Assembly (NCBI GenBank): GCA_038883655.1
Contig: JAVZLQ010000002.1
Coordinates: forward strand, 153,625 to 217,624
DNA: 64,000 nucleotides
Direction: 5' to 3'
Source of the DNA: Candidatus Bathyarchaeia archaeon
GTDB lineage: Archaea > Thermoproteota > Bathyarchaeia > Bathyarchaeales > Bathycorpusculaceae
Shown here: in pieces, positions 1-9,720 of the stretch
How positions within the stretch are numbered: the stretch's first letter is position 1
Layout: every line of letters begins with the position of its first letter
Notes under the pieces: model-generated
Database searches by the model: none
What the model was told of the DNA's origin: nothing
The model's input: the letters and a program-made list of their open reading frames with translations, nothing else
Position numbers and translations under genes: made by a program

Positions 1-205
1 CGAAGCGCTGTGAAAGCACGGTTTTGCCCGTTCCAACATCACCAGTTATTATTATTCTCTGAGCCATTTTCCCCGGAAATTGCAGTAAAAAGCTAAAGAA
101 ATGTCTCAAAAGCCGCAGTTCATTTTCTCTGTGGGGAAGCCTAATTGGCACGTAGCTTATGTCAAGTTTTGTTTCATCCTTGAACACACTGCTTTGCCAA
201 TACAA
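1..205 (-). CDS. cdc6: Orc1/Cdc6 replication initiator, 5' fragment (runs off the window edge)
   Basis: Not in the ORF track. Manual translation from TTG at 205 gives MYWQSSVFKDETKLDISYVPIRLPHRENELRLLRHFFSFLLQFPGKMAQRIIITGDVGTGKTVLSQRF, which has the Orc1/Cdc6 N-terminal signature (VFKD..KL...YVP..LPHRE) and Walker A GDVGTGKT. Confidence 0.9.
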   Translation of the reverse strand, partial: MYWQSSVFKDETKLDISYVPIRLPHRENELRLLRHFFSFLLQFPGKMAQRIIITGDVGTGKTVLSQRF

Positions 206-528
206 ACTTGCGCAAGCCCCAAAAATATTATGTGCACGCTTTGTTATCTTTTTCCCCAGCCGAACATTACATCAACAACAAAGAACCAAAAATCTAGAGG
301 GGCTATCTACTTTAGCGGTCTCGAACAGCCCAAAATTGACGTTGGAAAAACAGAAATTTTAGACGCTGACATTATGGGATAATGGCGTTTAATCCTTATT
401 TTACAGTTCAGGCTTTAATTTAGGCTTTTTATGGAAAAATAGATGAGAAAGAAGGGCGACCTTGCAGAGCATTCTTAAGAGGAAAGATTTTTAAGCAAAA
501 CTTGTTAATTTCATTTCGATACTGAGAA

Positions 529-1083
529 ATGATTCCCAAATACTTCTTCCTAACAAAGGGTGTCGGAAAACACAAGGAGCAACTCCAATCCTTCGAGTTG
601 GCATTGAGAAACGCGGGAATACACCACTGCAATATAGTAAATGTTTCAAGCATAATACCGCCAGGATGCAAACTAATCCCGAGAGAAAAAGGACTGAAAA
701 TGTTGAAGCCTGGAGAAATAACCTTCGTTGTTTTGGCTAGAAACTCGACGAATGAGCCGCATAGGCTGATTGCGGCATCCATAGGCGTAGCCATACCTTC
801 TGGCAAAAACAATTATGGCTATCTCTCCGAACATCACTCTTTCGGGCAGACGGACGAGGTAGCGGGTGAATATGCGGAGGATTTAGCTGCAACTATGTTG
901 GCTACAACAATGGGAATACCATTTGACCCAGAAAAGGCTTGGGATGAAAGAAAACAGCTGTTCAAAACAACTGGCATGATAATTAAGACAACGAACATTA
1001 CGCAGTCCGCAACTGGCGACAAGAACGGCTTGTGGACAACGGCAATAGCCGCGGCAGTTTTTGTTCCGGAGAAAAGGCGCTAA
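529..1083 (+). CDS. pdaD: Pyruvoyl-dependent arginine decarboxylase
   Basis: [11 protein letters not shown] and [11 protein letters not shown] (Ser-Ser autocleavage site), GYLSEHH; 184 aa. Confidence 0.9.
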   Translation: MIPKYFFLTKGVGKHKEQLQSFELALRNAGIHHCNIVNVSSIIPPGCKLIPREKGLKMLKPGEITFVVLARNSTNEPHRLIAASIGVAIPSGKNNYGYLSEHHSFGQTDEVAGEYAEDLAATMLATTMGIPFDPEKAWDERKQLFKTTGMIIKTTNITQSATGDKNGLWTTAIAAAVFVPEKRR

Positions 1084-1106
1084 AGCGGACCATAACAATC
1101 CATTTT

Positions 1107-1592
1107 TTATTTTAGCTTTCTTATGAGCCGCCCTTCTCTGTCTATCTCTCCCCTGCGGATTCTTGTTGTGGAGATTGGCGCATGATTTTCCGAAGGAACC
1201 ATGTCAATAACAACGATTTCAAGCGGTTTTAAGCCTCTTCTTTCCCGTTCAACGTTAATCCTACGCGCCATAGGCTCGGTTTCACGACTAACAATAAGCG
1301 CTTCAATACAACCTTCCGAAAGCGTCACGCCAAACGGGTCATTTAGCGGTATAACTTCAGCCCTTTCCAGAAAACCCATCTTACGCAAAAATTCCTTAAG
1401 CTCACGTAGCCTCTCGTTGTATGGAGCTGTAAAATGAGGTTTCATTAAACTTTCAACAAGTTTATCAGAGCATAAGCCAATCAAAACGCGCTCGCCAACC
1501 TCAAAGGCTTTCATAAGCAAGGCGCGATGTCCCTTATGAAGCTCGTCAAAAGTGCCGCCGACAGCCACCACCTTAAATTTTTGTTTCAACAT
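1107..1592 (-). CDS. coaD: Archaeal phosphopantetheine adenylyltransferase
   Basis: VGGTFDELHKGH (HxGH), VSRET, ISTTRIRRGEID; adjacent to pantoate kinase. Confidence 0.9.
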   Translation of the reverse strand: MLKQKFKVVAVGGTFDELHKGHRALLMKAFEVGERVLIGLCSDKLVESLMKPHFTAPYNERLRELKEFLRKMGFLERAEVIPLNDPFGVTLSEGCIEALIVSRETEPMARRINVERERRGLKPLEIVVIDMVPSENHAPISTTRIRRGEIDREGRLIRKLK

Positions 1593-1599
1593 GCCTTCC

Positions 1600-2535
1600 T
1601 CATTTCACTAGTCTTGCGCCTTGAAAGTCAATCTCAGCGACTAGAATCTTTTCTGGTGGCAGAACCTTCTTAAAAGCTTGAGCTACATGCTCCGCGTTTT
1701 CCAACGTTGCAATTGCATGTACTGCTTCGCCAACCATGTTCTGCGCTACGCCGATAGCCCCAGCTTCCTCTGCGATTTCAATCAATTTTCGTACACGCTC
1801 TGTCATAAACCCCGTTTTCTCTGCAAACTCGCGGCAACACGCCAAAAAATTTTCAATCGAAGGATCGGCAAGGATTTTCTCCAAGGTTTTCTTTCCCCAC
1901 TTGTTAACAGCCAAACGCCTTTCAGGCGAAGATAGCACTTCCTTCGTGGGTATTGGTCCAAAAACTCCAGCCACAACAACGTAATCCTCAACAATTGGTA
2001 TGCGGTCTATTGTAGCTGTTCCAGGCGCGCCAGGCTCTACTGTTAGGACGCAACCGCCAATCATCAGCGGTCCAACAGTACCCAAACCAGTTTTACACTT
2101 AACTTCTGCTACGTGTGCTATCCTGCCCAGTTGATTGTAAGTCATTTTCAAGCGTAGAGCTTCTGCTAGAGCCAAAGCTGTTGTTAGGGCTCCTCCAGCG
2201 CTTGAGCCGAAGCCAGCGCCAATTGGAACATCAATTTTATGTCTAACCTCAACAGCGTAATTGCCATTCGCCTTTTCCAAGAGCATTTGCACAACAGACC
2301 TTGTTGTTTCAGCTTCAGGCGCCAAACGGTCATTGATAAAAATTTCAATGCTATTTTTTTCAGCTTCTTTCACTTTCACTCTTGTCAAAACTCCCTTTTT
2401 GAAAGCGAAGCCTCCTCCACGTGCCCCGACGCATTCAAGGTCCAGAATTGGATTGCCATTGGGCGAGGTGTCGCATATTTCGAAGAAGCTTGAAATTCCA
2501 GCCGGAGAGAAAGCCTTTGAAGTGTTTTTTGTCAA
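1600..2535 (-). CDS. Pantoate kinase (GHMP kinase family)
   Basis: N-terminal AFSPAGISSFF, GHMP motif VPIGAGFGSSAG, AHVAEV..KTGLGTV, QNMVGEAV. Confidence 0.88.
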   Translation of the reverse strand: MTKNTSKAFSPAGISSFFEICDTSPNGNPILDLECVGARGGGFAFKKGVLTRVKVKEAEKNSIEIFINDRLAPEAETTRSVVQMLLEKANGNYAVEVRHKIDVPIGAGFGSSAGGALTTALALAEALRLKMTYNQLGRIAHVAEVKCKTGLGTVGPLMIGGCVLTVEPGAPGTATIDRIPIVEDYVVVAGVFGPIPTKEVLSSPERRLAVNKWGKKTLEKILADPSIENFLACCREFAEKTGFMTERVRKLIEIAEEAGAIGVAQNMVGEAVHAIATLENAEHVAQAFKKVLPPEKILVAEIDFQGARLVK

Positions 2536-2544
2536 TTGTTTCCC

Positions 2545-3381
2545 CTATTGTTCGGTTTTTTGCGCAGTTTTTAATGAGGGGTAAGCCTTGTAGCATGCTT
2601 TTATGATTGGTGGTCCTAGGAGGAGGATGAATGGAATTTCTGTGGCGAAAGTCCAGACAAATATTATTGGTATAAACGATGATGGTATTGGATTTTTGAA
2701 GTAACCCTGGGGAGAGAAGAATATTTGGCTGTAAGCCCAAACTACGAGGGCTATTATTGCGCTTCCTACGCCAAGTCCCGTGACGGAGCCTACACCGTAA
2801 TTTTTCCATTCAGGCCACAGCTTTGCAATTATAATCATGATTGCGAGGCTTGCGATAACCGTTAAGACGAATAGGAGGATAATTTCGGAAGTGGATAATG
2901 TAAATGAGAAGTAAGCGGCGGATTCTGTTGGCAGAAGAACTGTTGGCAGTAAGAGACCAGCGGCTATAATTAGGCTTCCCATAACCGCGCTTGAACTTGT
3001 CTTCTTCCAGTCAAGTGTTGAACGGAAAAGATAGCCCAAAATGTAGAATCCAGCAAAATTGGCTGTGACACCAGCTGACAAACTAAGCAAGGCATCTCCA
3101 TGAAATAGCATGTCCCTTATAAAAATGCCGATTGCGGCGCCCACAGCCCCAGTTAATGGTCCGAAGAGGACGGCGAATACTGCAGGTATAACTGCTGCTG
3201 GCCAGAAAGCTACTCCGCCGACGGTTATGCCCAAATCTGTTAAGCGTCCAATTACGGCGTATAGGGCTGCGCATACGCCCATCATGGCTATGTTGAAGGC
3301 TTTCATTTTGCTTTTTCTCCTTTCTGGGGTTTTCGGAGTTTTGCTTTCTAGATAAGAGTTTCCTATGAATTGTTTAAACAT
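2545..3381 (-). CDS. ECF transporter S-component-like membrane protein
   Basis: Multiple TM helices; A.LYA...FWPAAVIPAVFAVLFGP..GAVGAAIG.FI.D pattern; same strand as and 9 bp from the pantoate kinase gene. The start may be the internal ATG (MKAFNIA). Confidence 0.6.
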   Translation of the reverse strand: MFKQFIGNSYLESKTPKTPERRKSKMKAFNIAMMGVCAALYAVIGRLTDLGITVGGVAFWPAAVIPAVFAVLFGPLTGAVGAAIGIFIRDMLFHGDALLSLSAGVTANFAGFYILGYLFRSTLDWKKTSSSAVMGSLIIAAGLLLPTVLLPTESAAYFSFTLSTSEIILLFVLTVIASLAIMIIIAKLWPEWKNYGVGSVTGLGVGSAIIALVVWAYSQIFFSPQGYFKNPIPSSFIPIIFVWTFATEIPFILLLGPPIIKACYKAYPSLKTAQKTEQ

Positions 3382-3425
3382 GTTTAAACTAGACGTTAAG
3401 GCGATTTGTTGAACTGTTGTACGGT

Positions 3426-3450
3426 TATGTGTAGTTTTGTTCTACGCACA
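3426..3450. promoter_or_regulatory. Palindromic operator-like element, copy 1
   Basis: TATGTGTAGTTTTGTTCTACGCACA; 24/25 identical to 4148-4172; dyad TGTGTAG-N7-CTACGCA; lies upstream of the pilin gene. Confidence 0.7.
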
Positions 3451-3480
3451 AACCATCATATTTCTAGGCGAGGTGATTTT

Positions 3481-4059
3481 GTGGCACGGAGAGAAAATAG
3501 AATGAAGATGTTAAGGAATAAGAAAGCTTTAAGCACGGTGGTTACTACACTGATAATCCTCGTAGTTTCAGTGCTTCTAGCAACTGTGGTGACGTTCTAC
3601 GCCATAAACGTAACGACAACGCGAGTACAAGAAGAAAGCCTACAAGTATTCAAACTACACATATGGCATGACGGATCGAGTGCCGTAGCTGCATTCCTAA
3701 TAATCAACACTGGCGGACGTGACGTTGTAATAGACAAAATTGCTGTTAGGGGTCAAGAATGCGACTGGAATGGCTCGCTAACCAAGGTGTATTACAATAA
3801 GACGCAAGACACGATAAACGTTGACTTGCCCTACGCGAAGCCATCAGAAGCCTCTATGCAAATAACGATTGGTACGAAAAGTTACACTTTCACCGTGGCG
3901 GAAGATGACTTAATTTTGAAGTCAGGCTGGAGCATGATTGTGTACATACTTAACCCAGATCACATTTCCGTCAACGACATCGGTGTCACTGTGGGCGTAA
4001 CGATTTTCACTGCTAATGCTCAGTATTACAAGGAAGCCAATGTTGAAGCTGCAAGTTAA
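3481..4059 (+). CDS. Archaeal type IV pilin/archaellin-like protein (probable major pilin)
   Basis: Class III signal peptide RNKKA|LSTVVTTLIILVVSVLLA; GTG start after SD GAGGTGA; followed by a T-rich terminator. Confidence 0.8.
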   Translation: MARRENRMKMLRNKKALSTVVTTLIILVVSVLLATVVTFYAINVTTTRVQEESLQVFKLHIWHDGSSAVAAFLIINTGGRDVVIDKIAVRGQECDWNGSLTKVYYNKTQDTINVDLPYAKPSEASMQITIGTKSYTFTVAEDDLILKSGWSMIVYILNPDHISVNDIGVTVGVTIFTANAQYYKEANVEAAS

Positions 4060-4081
4060 GCGTTAAAGGCGTAGCCCCTCG

Positions 4082-4107
4082 CTTTTTCTTTTCCCCTATT
4101 TTGTTTT
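4082..4107 (+). terminator. T-rich archaeal terminator after the pilin gene
   Basis: CTTTTTCTTTTCCCCTATTTTGTTTT begins about 22 nt after the stop codon. Confidence 0.5.
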
Positions 4108-4147
4108 GAATATGTTTTCTGAAGCTTGATTTTAGATATTGACGCTC

Positions 4148-4172
4148 TATGTGTAGTTTTGTTCTACACACA
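4148..4172. promoter_or_regulatory. Palindromic operator-like element, copy 2
   Basis: TATGTGTAGTTTTGTTCTACACACA with a perfect dyad TGTGTAG-N7-CTACACA, upstream of the pilus assembly operon. Confidence 0.7.
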
Positions 4173-4235
4173 CTATCTTATCTTAAGAATAGGCGAAACG
4201 TGTTTTAGGCGTTAAGAGAGGAGGCTATAACACAA

Positions 4236-5063
4236 GTGCACAAAAAGCATCTGAAGCGTTTGTTAGCTTCGAATAGGGCTTTGGCAATACCAGTAACATA
4301 CCTTATACTCTTTGTTTCGCTTACGGCAATAATCTCCATAACATACAGTTTCGCAATAATCAAAATAGGCTCCAGAACCGCAGCGCTCAAAACTTCAATC
4401 GCAAAACAGAACATGCAGGCGCTTGACAACGCAATACTGTCAGTTGCGTGGAGCTTCGGAGCTTCAGAAACAGTTTACATGGAAGACTGCGGAGGCACAT
4501 TCAAAACAGATCCCACAGCCAAAAGCCTAACCATAAACATAACTGACGAGCTGGCATTTTCTGAAACCGTGTTCAACAGCACAATTGGAAAAGCCTACTA
4601 CGAGCTTGAGCCTTCGGAAAACTATTACGATGGACTTTACGTTAGAGGCGACAGCAGAACAATAGTGAACGAAAGCGCGCTCACTTTAACGCAACTCTAC
4701 TTTGGAGCAAGCGCAAACGCAAAAGAACTAACATTGTGCTATCGTCCATTTGCAACATCCACCAACATAGGCACAGAAAACGGAAAACCACTAAACCTGA
4801 TACGCATTTACATAATAAACCTAAACGCCCCGCAGGCGCTTACTCTAAAAGGAAAATTCTACCTAAAAGTAACATCAACAAACGTCACAACAACAGTGCG
4901 CCAGTACACTTTTGAAAACGCATTTTCTCATTTGGCGCTTAAAGCGGAAATGGACGGTACAGCAACAACCATTAGGCTTCCAGTTTCTAGAAACGCTGAA
5001 GGCGCGGTGGTAAACTTGGAAATAGTTGTCTGCAACATTGAAGTTCAAAGGGCGGGGGTTTAA
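4236..5063 (+). CDS. Pilin-like protein (minor pilin)
   Basis: Basic leader then SNRA|LAIPVTYLILFVSL hydrophobic helix; beta-rich extracellular region. Confidence 0.65.
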   Translation: MHKKHLKRLLASNRALAIPVTYLILFVSLTAIISITYSFAIIKIGSRTAALKTSIAKQNMQALDNAILSVAWSFGASETVYMEDCGGTFKTDPTAKSLTINITDELAFSETVFNSTIGKAYYELEPSENYYDGLYVRGDSRTIVNESALTLTQLYFGASANAKELTLCYRPFATSTNIGTENGKPLNLIRIYIINLNAPQALTLKGKFYLKVTSTNVTTTVRQYTFENAFSHLALKAEMDGTATTIRLPVSRNAEGAVVNLEIVVCNIEVQRAGV

Positions 5064-5513
5064 ATGCCAACAATAGCTGCAAGCCACCTATACACCTTCG
5101 CCGCTCTAATCGCTGTGGGCAGCCTCCTCACAACATCCTTCATGGTTTACGCGAACACCATACGCGAAACATCAGAAAACAAAAAACTGGAAGCTATAAT
5201 GAATCTTGTAGCCGCAAAGAGCATAAGACTAATAACGCTTACGCTTTCCACAAATGCTTCAACGGAAACTTTTCTCCAACTGCCAACCAAAATAGGCGAT
5301 AAGGATTATTGGCTTAAACTTGAAAACGGCACGTCAAAGGCTTGGCTTGAAGGCGGATTTGGAAGTACTCCAACGGAAAGCGCAATTCGAATTAGCGTAG
5401 CGAAGAATGTTTTGGCTACGGGCGTTTACATAAGCGGTTATGGCGCTGCACGGTTAAAGTGCTTTTTCGCTTCTAATATCGTTCAAATTCAAATTTCAAA
5501 CGGAGGAGAATAA
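5064..5513 (+). CDS. Pilus-associated membrane-anchored protein
   Basis: N-terminal TM helix; abuts its neighbours in the pilus operon. Confidence 0.55.
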   Translation: MPTIAASHLYTFAALIAVGSLLTTSFMVYANTIRETSENKKLEAIMNLVAAKSIRLITLTLSTNASTETFLQLPTKIGDKDYWLKLENGTSKAWLEGGFGSTPTESAIRISVAKNVLATGVYISGYGAARLKCFFASNIVQIQISNGGE

Positions 5514-5514
5514 A

Positions 5515-7113
5515 GTGAAATTTAACCTTAAACCAATAAAGAAGAAGGCGGAAGCGGAAGCCTTCCAAGAAATGATGCGCGAAGAAGGCGGAATAGTTGA
5601 CGTTTTAGAAACAAAAAAATGGAGCGTTCCAGAAGGCTACGTTGAAGTTGAATATTATCCGTTAAAGCCTCCATTCTCTTACGCCGCAATAATCCAAAAC
5701 GAAGAAACACTTGAGTACCTCTATATCCTTGACGAGTTACCGCTGACAAAGGCTGAACGTGAAAGCTACTTTAGGCTCAGAAACATACTCGAATACGAAC
5801 TGCAAGCCCCCGAAGGCGAAGAAACGCTGGCGGAATCATTTAGAAGACAGATTCCCCAAATACTGGCTAAACACCAAAAAGCGTTTGTCGGCATCTCGCC
5901 TGTTGGAATGCGCAAAGTCATCTACTACCTTGAAAGGGACATAGTTGGTTATGGAAAAATAGATCCGCTAATGTATGATGACTATGTTGAGGACATTGGC
6001 TGCGGCGGTGTCAACAAGCCGATTTTTCTTTGGCATAGAAAGTACGAGAATATAAAGACAAACATTGTTTTCAGAGACGAGCAGGAACTAGACGACTTTA
6101 TAATGCGCGTAGTTCACAAAGCTGGAAAACACGTTAGCATAGCCTTCCCGATAGTTGACGTGACGCTGCCAGAAAAGCATAGACTTGCAGTTTCATTTGG
6201 AAAGGAAACAACACCCTCTGGTACATCTTTTACAATAAGGAAGTTCCGCAAAGACCCATTCACAATAATAGACCTAATAGAAAACGAAACAATAGACGAG
6301 AGCATAGCCGCCTACCTTTGGCTCCTAATGGAAAACAAGATGTCATTGATGATTATTGGAGCTACTGGCGCTGGAAAAACAACAGCCCTAAACGCAATAG
6401 CTTGCCTCATAAAACCAAATCATAAAATAATATCCGTTGAAGAAGTTGCGGAGATAAACCTTCCACATGAAAACTGGACATCAACAATTGCCCGTTCAGG
6501 ATTCGGCGTTGAAAGCGAAGGAGAAATCACGCTCTACGACTTGATCAAGTCTGCTGTTAGGCATCGTCCAGACCTTATAATCGTAGGCGAAATTAGGGGA
6601 GAAGAAGCCTACGTGCTCTTTCAAGCTTTAGCAACTGGACACGGTGGACTATGCACACTACACGCTGAAGACGTGAACACGGCAATTAAAAGGCTTACAC
6701 AACCGCCAATGAACATTCCGCCGTCGATAATTCCATTGATGAACTGTGTAATAACAGTAAAACACGTTAGAACGCCGGTTTTCCTAGAATCTGGAAAGCG
6801 CCTTTCAAGCAGAAAGTTCATAAGCATTTCAGAAATAAAGGATGCGAACAACTTTCAAGAAGTTTTCAGCTGGAACCCGTCCACAGACACCTTTCAAGAG
6901 AGGCTTGCTGAAAGCTACCTGCTGAAGAAGATGGCTACAAGCTTAGACATTCCAGTTGAGAAGCTCGTAGATGAACTTGAGTACCGCAAACGCGTTTTGG
7001 TGCACATGGTTGAGCATAACATTCGCGATTACAGAAGCGTCAACAAAGTCCTAAGCAAATATTACAACAACCCGCAGCTATTCCAAAAGGAGTTTCTAGA
7101 AAAGGGCAGGTGA
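5515..7113 (+). CDS. Type II/IV secretion ATPase (ArlI/PilB/TadA family)
   Basis: Walker A GATGAGKTT, FTIRKF, RHRPDLIIVGEIRG, TGHGGLCTLHA. Confidence 0.93.
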   Translation: MKFNLKPIKKKAEAEAFQEMMREEGGIVDVLETKKWSVPEGYVEVEYYPLKPPFSYAAIIQNEETLEYLYILDELPLTKAERESYFRLRNILEYELQAPEGEETLAESFRRQIPQILAKHQKAFVGISPVGMRKVIYYLERDIVGYGKIDPLMYDDYVEDIGCGGVNKPIFLWHRKYENIKTNIVFRDEQELDDFIMRVVHKAGKHVSIAFPIVDVTLPEKHRLAVSFGKETTPSGTSFTIRKFRKDPFTIIDLIENETIDESIAAYLWLLMENKMSLMIIGATGAGKTTALNAIACLIKPNHKIISVEEVAEINLPHENWTSTIARSGFGVESEGEITLYDLIKSAVRHRPDLIIVGEIRGEEAYVLFQALATGHGGLCTLHAEDVNTAIKRLTQPPMNIPPSIIPLMNCVITVKHVRTPVFLESGKRLSSRKFISISEIKDANNFQEVFSWNPSTDTFQERLAESYLLKKMATSLDIPVEKLVDELEYRKRVLVHMVEHNIRDYRSVNKVLSKYYNNPQLFQKEFLEKGR

Positions 7114-8627
7114 CCAGTTTGCAAGTGTCAATAAAAAAGCCTAAAATCCTCGGATGGATCTTCAACCTACTTGGCGGAGAAGACGCAAGTGAAATAAACC
7201 GTGAACTTCCGTTCGCTGCCTTGCTCTTCACGCTTTTGGCTGCGAGTGGTGTAACAATTTATGAGAGTTGGAAGAAACTCCGCGACATAGACTTGTTGCC
7301 AATGTTCCGCAAAGAGGCAAAAGAAATTGTTAGACAAGTGGAGGTTTTAGGCTACGATCCACTAACGGTTATGCATAGGAGGGCGGAAAAAACAAAGTCG
7401 AAGAACTATCGTGAATTCCTCTTGGGCTATGTTTCATCGGTTAGAAGTGGAGGAAACATCGTAAACTATCTTAAGAGCAAATTGCGTTCGATTTTTGAAG
7501 TTCAAAGTGCAGCAGCAATACGTTCAATTGAACGATTAGGCACGCTTGTTGAAGCCTACGCAGTAATGTTAATCGTAACATTATGCTCATACATACTCTT
7601 CATAATATTTGCAACAACATCCGTCTTCGAGCCGATGAAGGTAAGTGGCACACCTGGAGTCTCTGCAGAAATCGTTTGCATACTAATATTCTTCGTCACG
7701 CCTACGATTTCCATAATTTTTATGGCATTAGCTCACACAGAAAGAAAAAGCAACCTTATGGAAGTCAAACGGCCGTACTACGCCACAATAATTCCAGTTA
7801 TAGCCGCCTCAAGCCTAATAGCCGCCATACACTTTTTGCCGCAACTCCAATTCTTGGAAAGCCCACAAACTTTTCCCGCTGTTGTAACAGCTTGCCTATT
7901 GGCTGTTTCGATTCCGCCAGCGCTCGTTTACATGGGAATAGCAAAAATGAACTCAGACGCTGAAAACGCCATGCCAAACTTCCTAAGAGACATAACTGAG
8001 TCAAGAAAAATCGGGCTTTCTCCAGAAAAGAGCATAATACACGCTGCAAAACGCAAGGGCTACGGCAAATTCTCAGAAGTGCTAACGCTAATAAGAAGCC
8101 AAATGGAGTGGGGAGTCTCCCTCAAAAAAGTCTTCACAAACATTAAAAAGAAAATCCAAAACTGGCCTGTCCTCGTCAACTTCCTAATCCTCGTCGAAAC
8201 AATAAAGATTGGCGGGGGTTCGGCTGCAGCCCTAGAAATACTGACGGACTATAGCGAAAAGCAGAAGGATGTTGAGGTTAACAAGAAGTCAATGCTTAGA
8301 CCATACGTTTTCCTTGCTTTCATCTGGAGCGTTCTAATCGCCCTAACAACAACAATGGTTGCGTTAACGGTTTATGCGTTAACGCAGATATCTCTTCCAG
8401 GCTCAACAGCCATGCCGCTTGAGGCGATGCAGGAGCAGCTGAACATATTTTCGGTAGGCATAATCTTGCAGTGCTGGCTTTCAGGGTTCTTTGTCGGCAA
8501 GGTTAATGAAGGCACATGTGCCGCTGGGTTCAAATATTCAGCCATGCTTGTGCTGACAGCTTATGTTTCGCTTTTGCTATCGCAGAACCTTCTAGGCGGA
8601 CTGTTCGGAATTGTGCCTGCTGGTTAG
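7110..8627 (+). CDS. Type II secretion F-family platform membrane protein (ArlJ/TadC-like)
   Basis: Two T2SSF-like cytoplasmic domains (ELPFA.., MPNFLRDITE) with TM bundles; overlaps the ATPase stop codon. Confidence 0.88.
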   Translation: MTSLQVSIKKPKILGWIFNLLGGEDASEINRELPFAALLFTLLAASGVTIYESWKKLRDIDLLPMFRKEAKEIVRQVEVLGYDPLTVMHRRAEKTKSKNYREFLLGYVSSVRSGGNIVNYLKSKLRSIFEVQSAAAIRSIERLGTLVEAYAVMLIVTLCSYILFIIFATTSVFEPMKVSGTPGVSAEIVCILIFFVTPTISIIFMALAHTERKSNLMEVKRPYYATIIPVIAASSLIAAIHFLPQLQFLESPQTFPAVVTACLLAVSIPPALVYMGIAKMNSDAENAMPNFLRDITESRKIGLSPEKSIIHAAKRKGYGKFSEVLTLIRSQMEWGVSLKKVFTNIKKKIQNWPVLVNFLILVETIKIGGGSAAALEILTDYSEKQKDVEVNKKSMLRPYVFLAFIWSVLIALTTTMVALTVYALTQISLPGSTAMPLEAMQEQLNIFSVGIILQCWLSGFFVGKVNEGTCAAGFKYSAMLVLTAYVSLLLSQNLLGGLFGIVPAG

Positions 8628-8652
8628 CTTTAAACCCCAAGGTGATGTTTGA

Positions 8653-9720
8653 ATGCCTACAGCTTCCATCGACACGTTCATCGCATGTTCACTTATGGTT
8701 CTATTAGTGTTGACTGCCATGGCTAACACTTCAAAGCTTCTTTACCCGCACGTGAATGGTGATGACACGGAAAACATAGCTGAAAAGTACAGACAAATTT
8801 CAGAGTACATTCTATTAAGTGCTGGAGAACCATCAGAGTGGGGTAAAAGTGCATTAGTAATTCCGGAAAATTTCGGATTAGCCAAAAGTGATTCAAGCGT
8901 TGCGTTTGATTTGGATGTGGACAAGGTTTCAAGGCTAAACAGCGAGAACGCATACGCATTAAGCTATGCACAAGCCTTTTCAGCCCTCGGCATGCCAGAA
9001 ATCTCATTTAAACTAGAAATTACGCCGATATTTAATACGGCCATAAACCTAACGACAACTTATTCAGCGGCAGATGAAACAACATACCAATTCACTATAG
9101 TAACTGAAAAAAACGGCTTACCAGTTGGGACAGAGCTAAACTATTACGTAATTGCGAGAGACTATTTGGACTCTGGTTTTGCTACAATCGCCAATGGCGA
9201 AGCACAATTAAACATCACAATTCCAAACAGCGTTGAAGGACCAGCCATTCTGGTGGTGTTTGCAAGCGCAATATCATACTCTAGAATCGTCTCTTTTAAG
9301 GTGTACGCGTTTGCGCATAATTCGCTTGAACCGCATCAGAAAGGCACATTTTTGAAACTTAGTCCACTGAACCAAAGCTTATACGTTGCACTCTTAAACC
9401 AGGAAACCAGTTTGTCAGAAGCCTATGCTTTGGCACCCAGCCACTACTCGGTTTTGACGCAGACCTCAAGCGAAAACCAGTTCGCCACATATGCCATTCC
9501 ACAATTTGTAAATGCAAGTCCAATAATCCTCGTTGTCTTAGGATGGAACGCAACAACGTTCTTCGTAGAGTGGACAGTCTACCCGCAGCTGCCACTTCAA
9601 TTTGGCGTGAACTTCCAAAACCCAAGTACGCTTTCTGATGTCTTTGCGTACACGTACATTGTTACTGTAAATTCGGCACTTTACGAGTGTAAGGTCTGGC
9701 TTGGAGGACCAAGGGATTGA
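8653..9720 (+). CDS. Pilus-associated membrane-anchored protein
   Basis: N-terminal TM helix, G.P..WG and FGLA motifs, beta-rich body; inside the pilus locus. Confidence 0.55.
   Translation: MPTASIDTFIACSLMVLLVLTAMANTSKLLYPHVNGDDTENIAEKYRQISEYILLSAGEPSEWGKSALVIPENFGLAKSDSSVAFDLDVDKVSRLNSENAYALSYAQAFSALGMPEISFKLEITPIFNTAINLTTTYSAADETTYQFTIVTEKNGLPVGTELNYYVIARDYLDSGFATIANGEAQLNITIPNSVEGPAILVVFASAISYSRIVSFKVYAFAHNSLEPHQKGTFLKLSPLNQSLYVALLNQETSLSEAYALAPSHYSVLTQTSSENQFATYAIPQFVNASPIILVVLGWNATTFFVEWTVYPQLPLQFGVNFQNPSTLSDVFAYTYIVTVNSALYECKVWLGGPRD

Noticed and set aside
101-382. Plus-strand ORFs 101-382 and 159-362
   Set aside because: They overlap the minus-strand cdc6 fragment and have no recognisable motifs.
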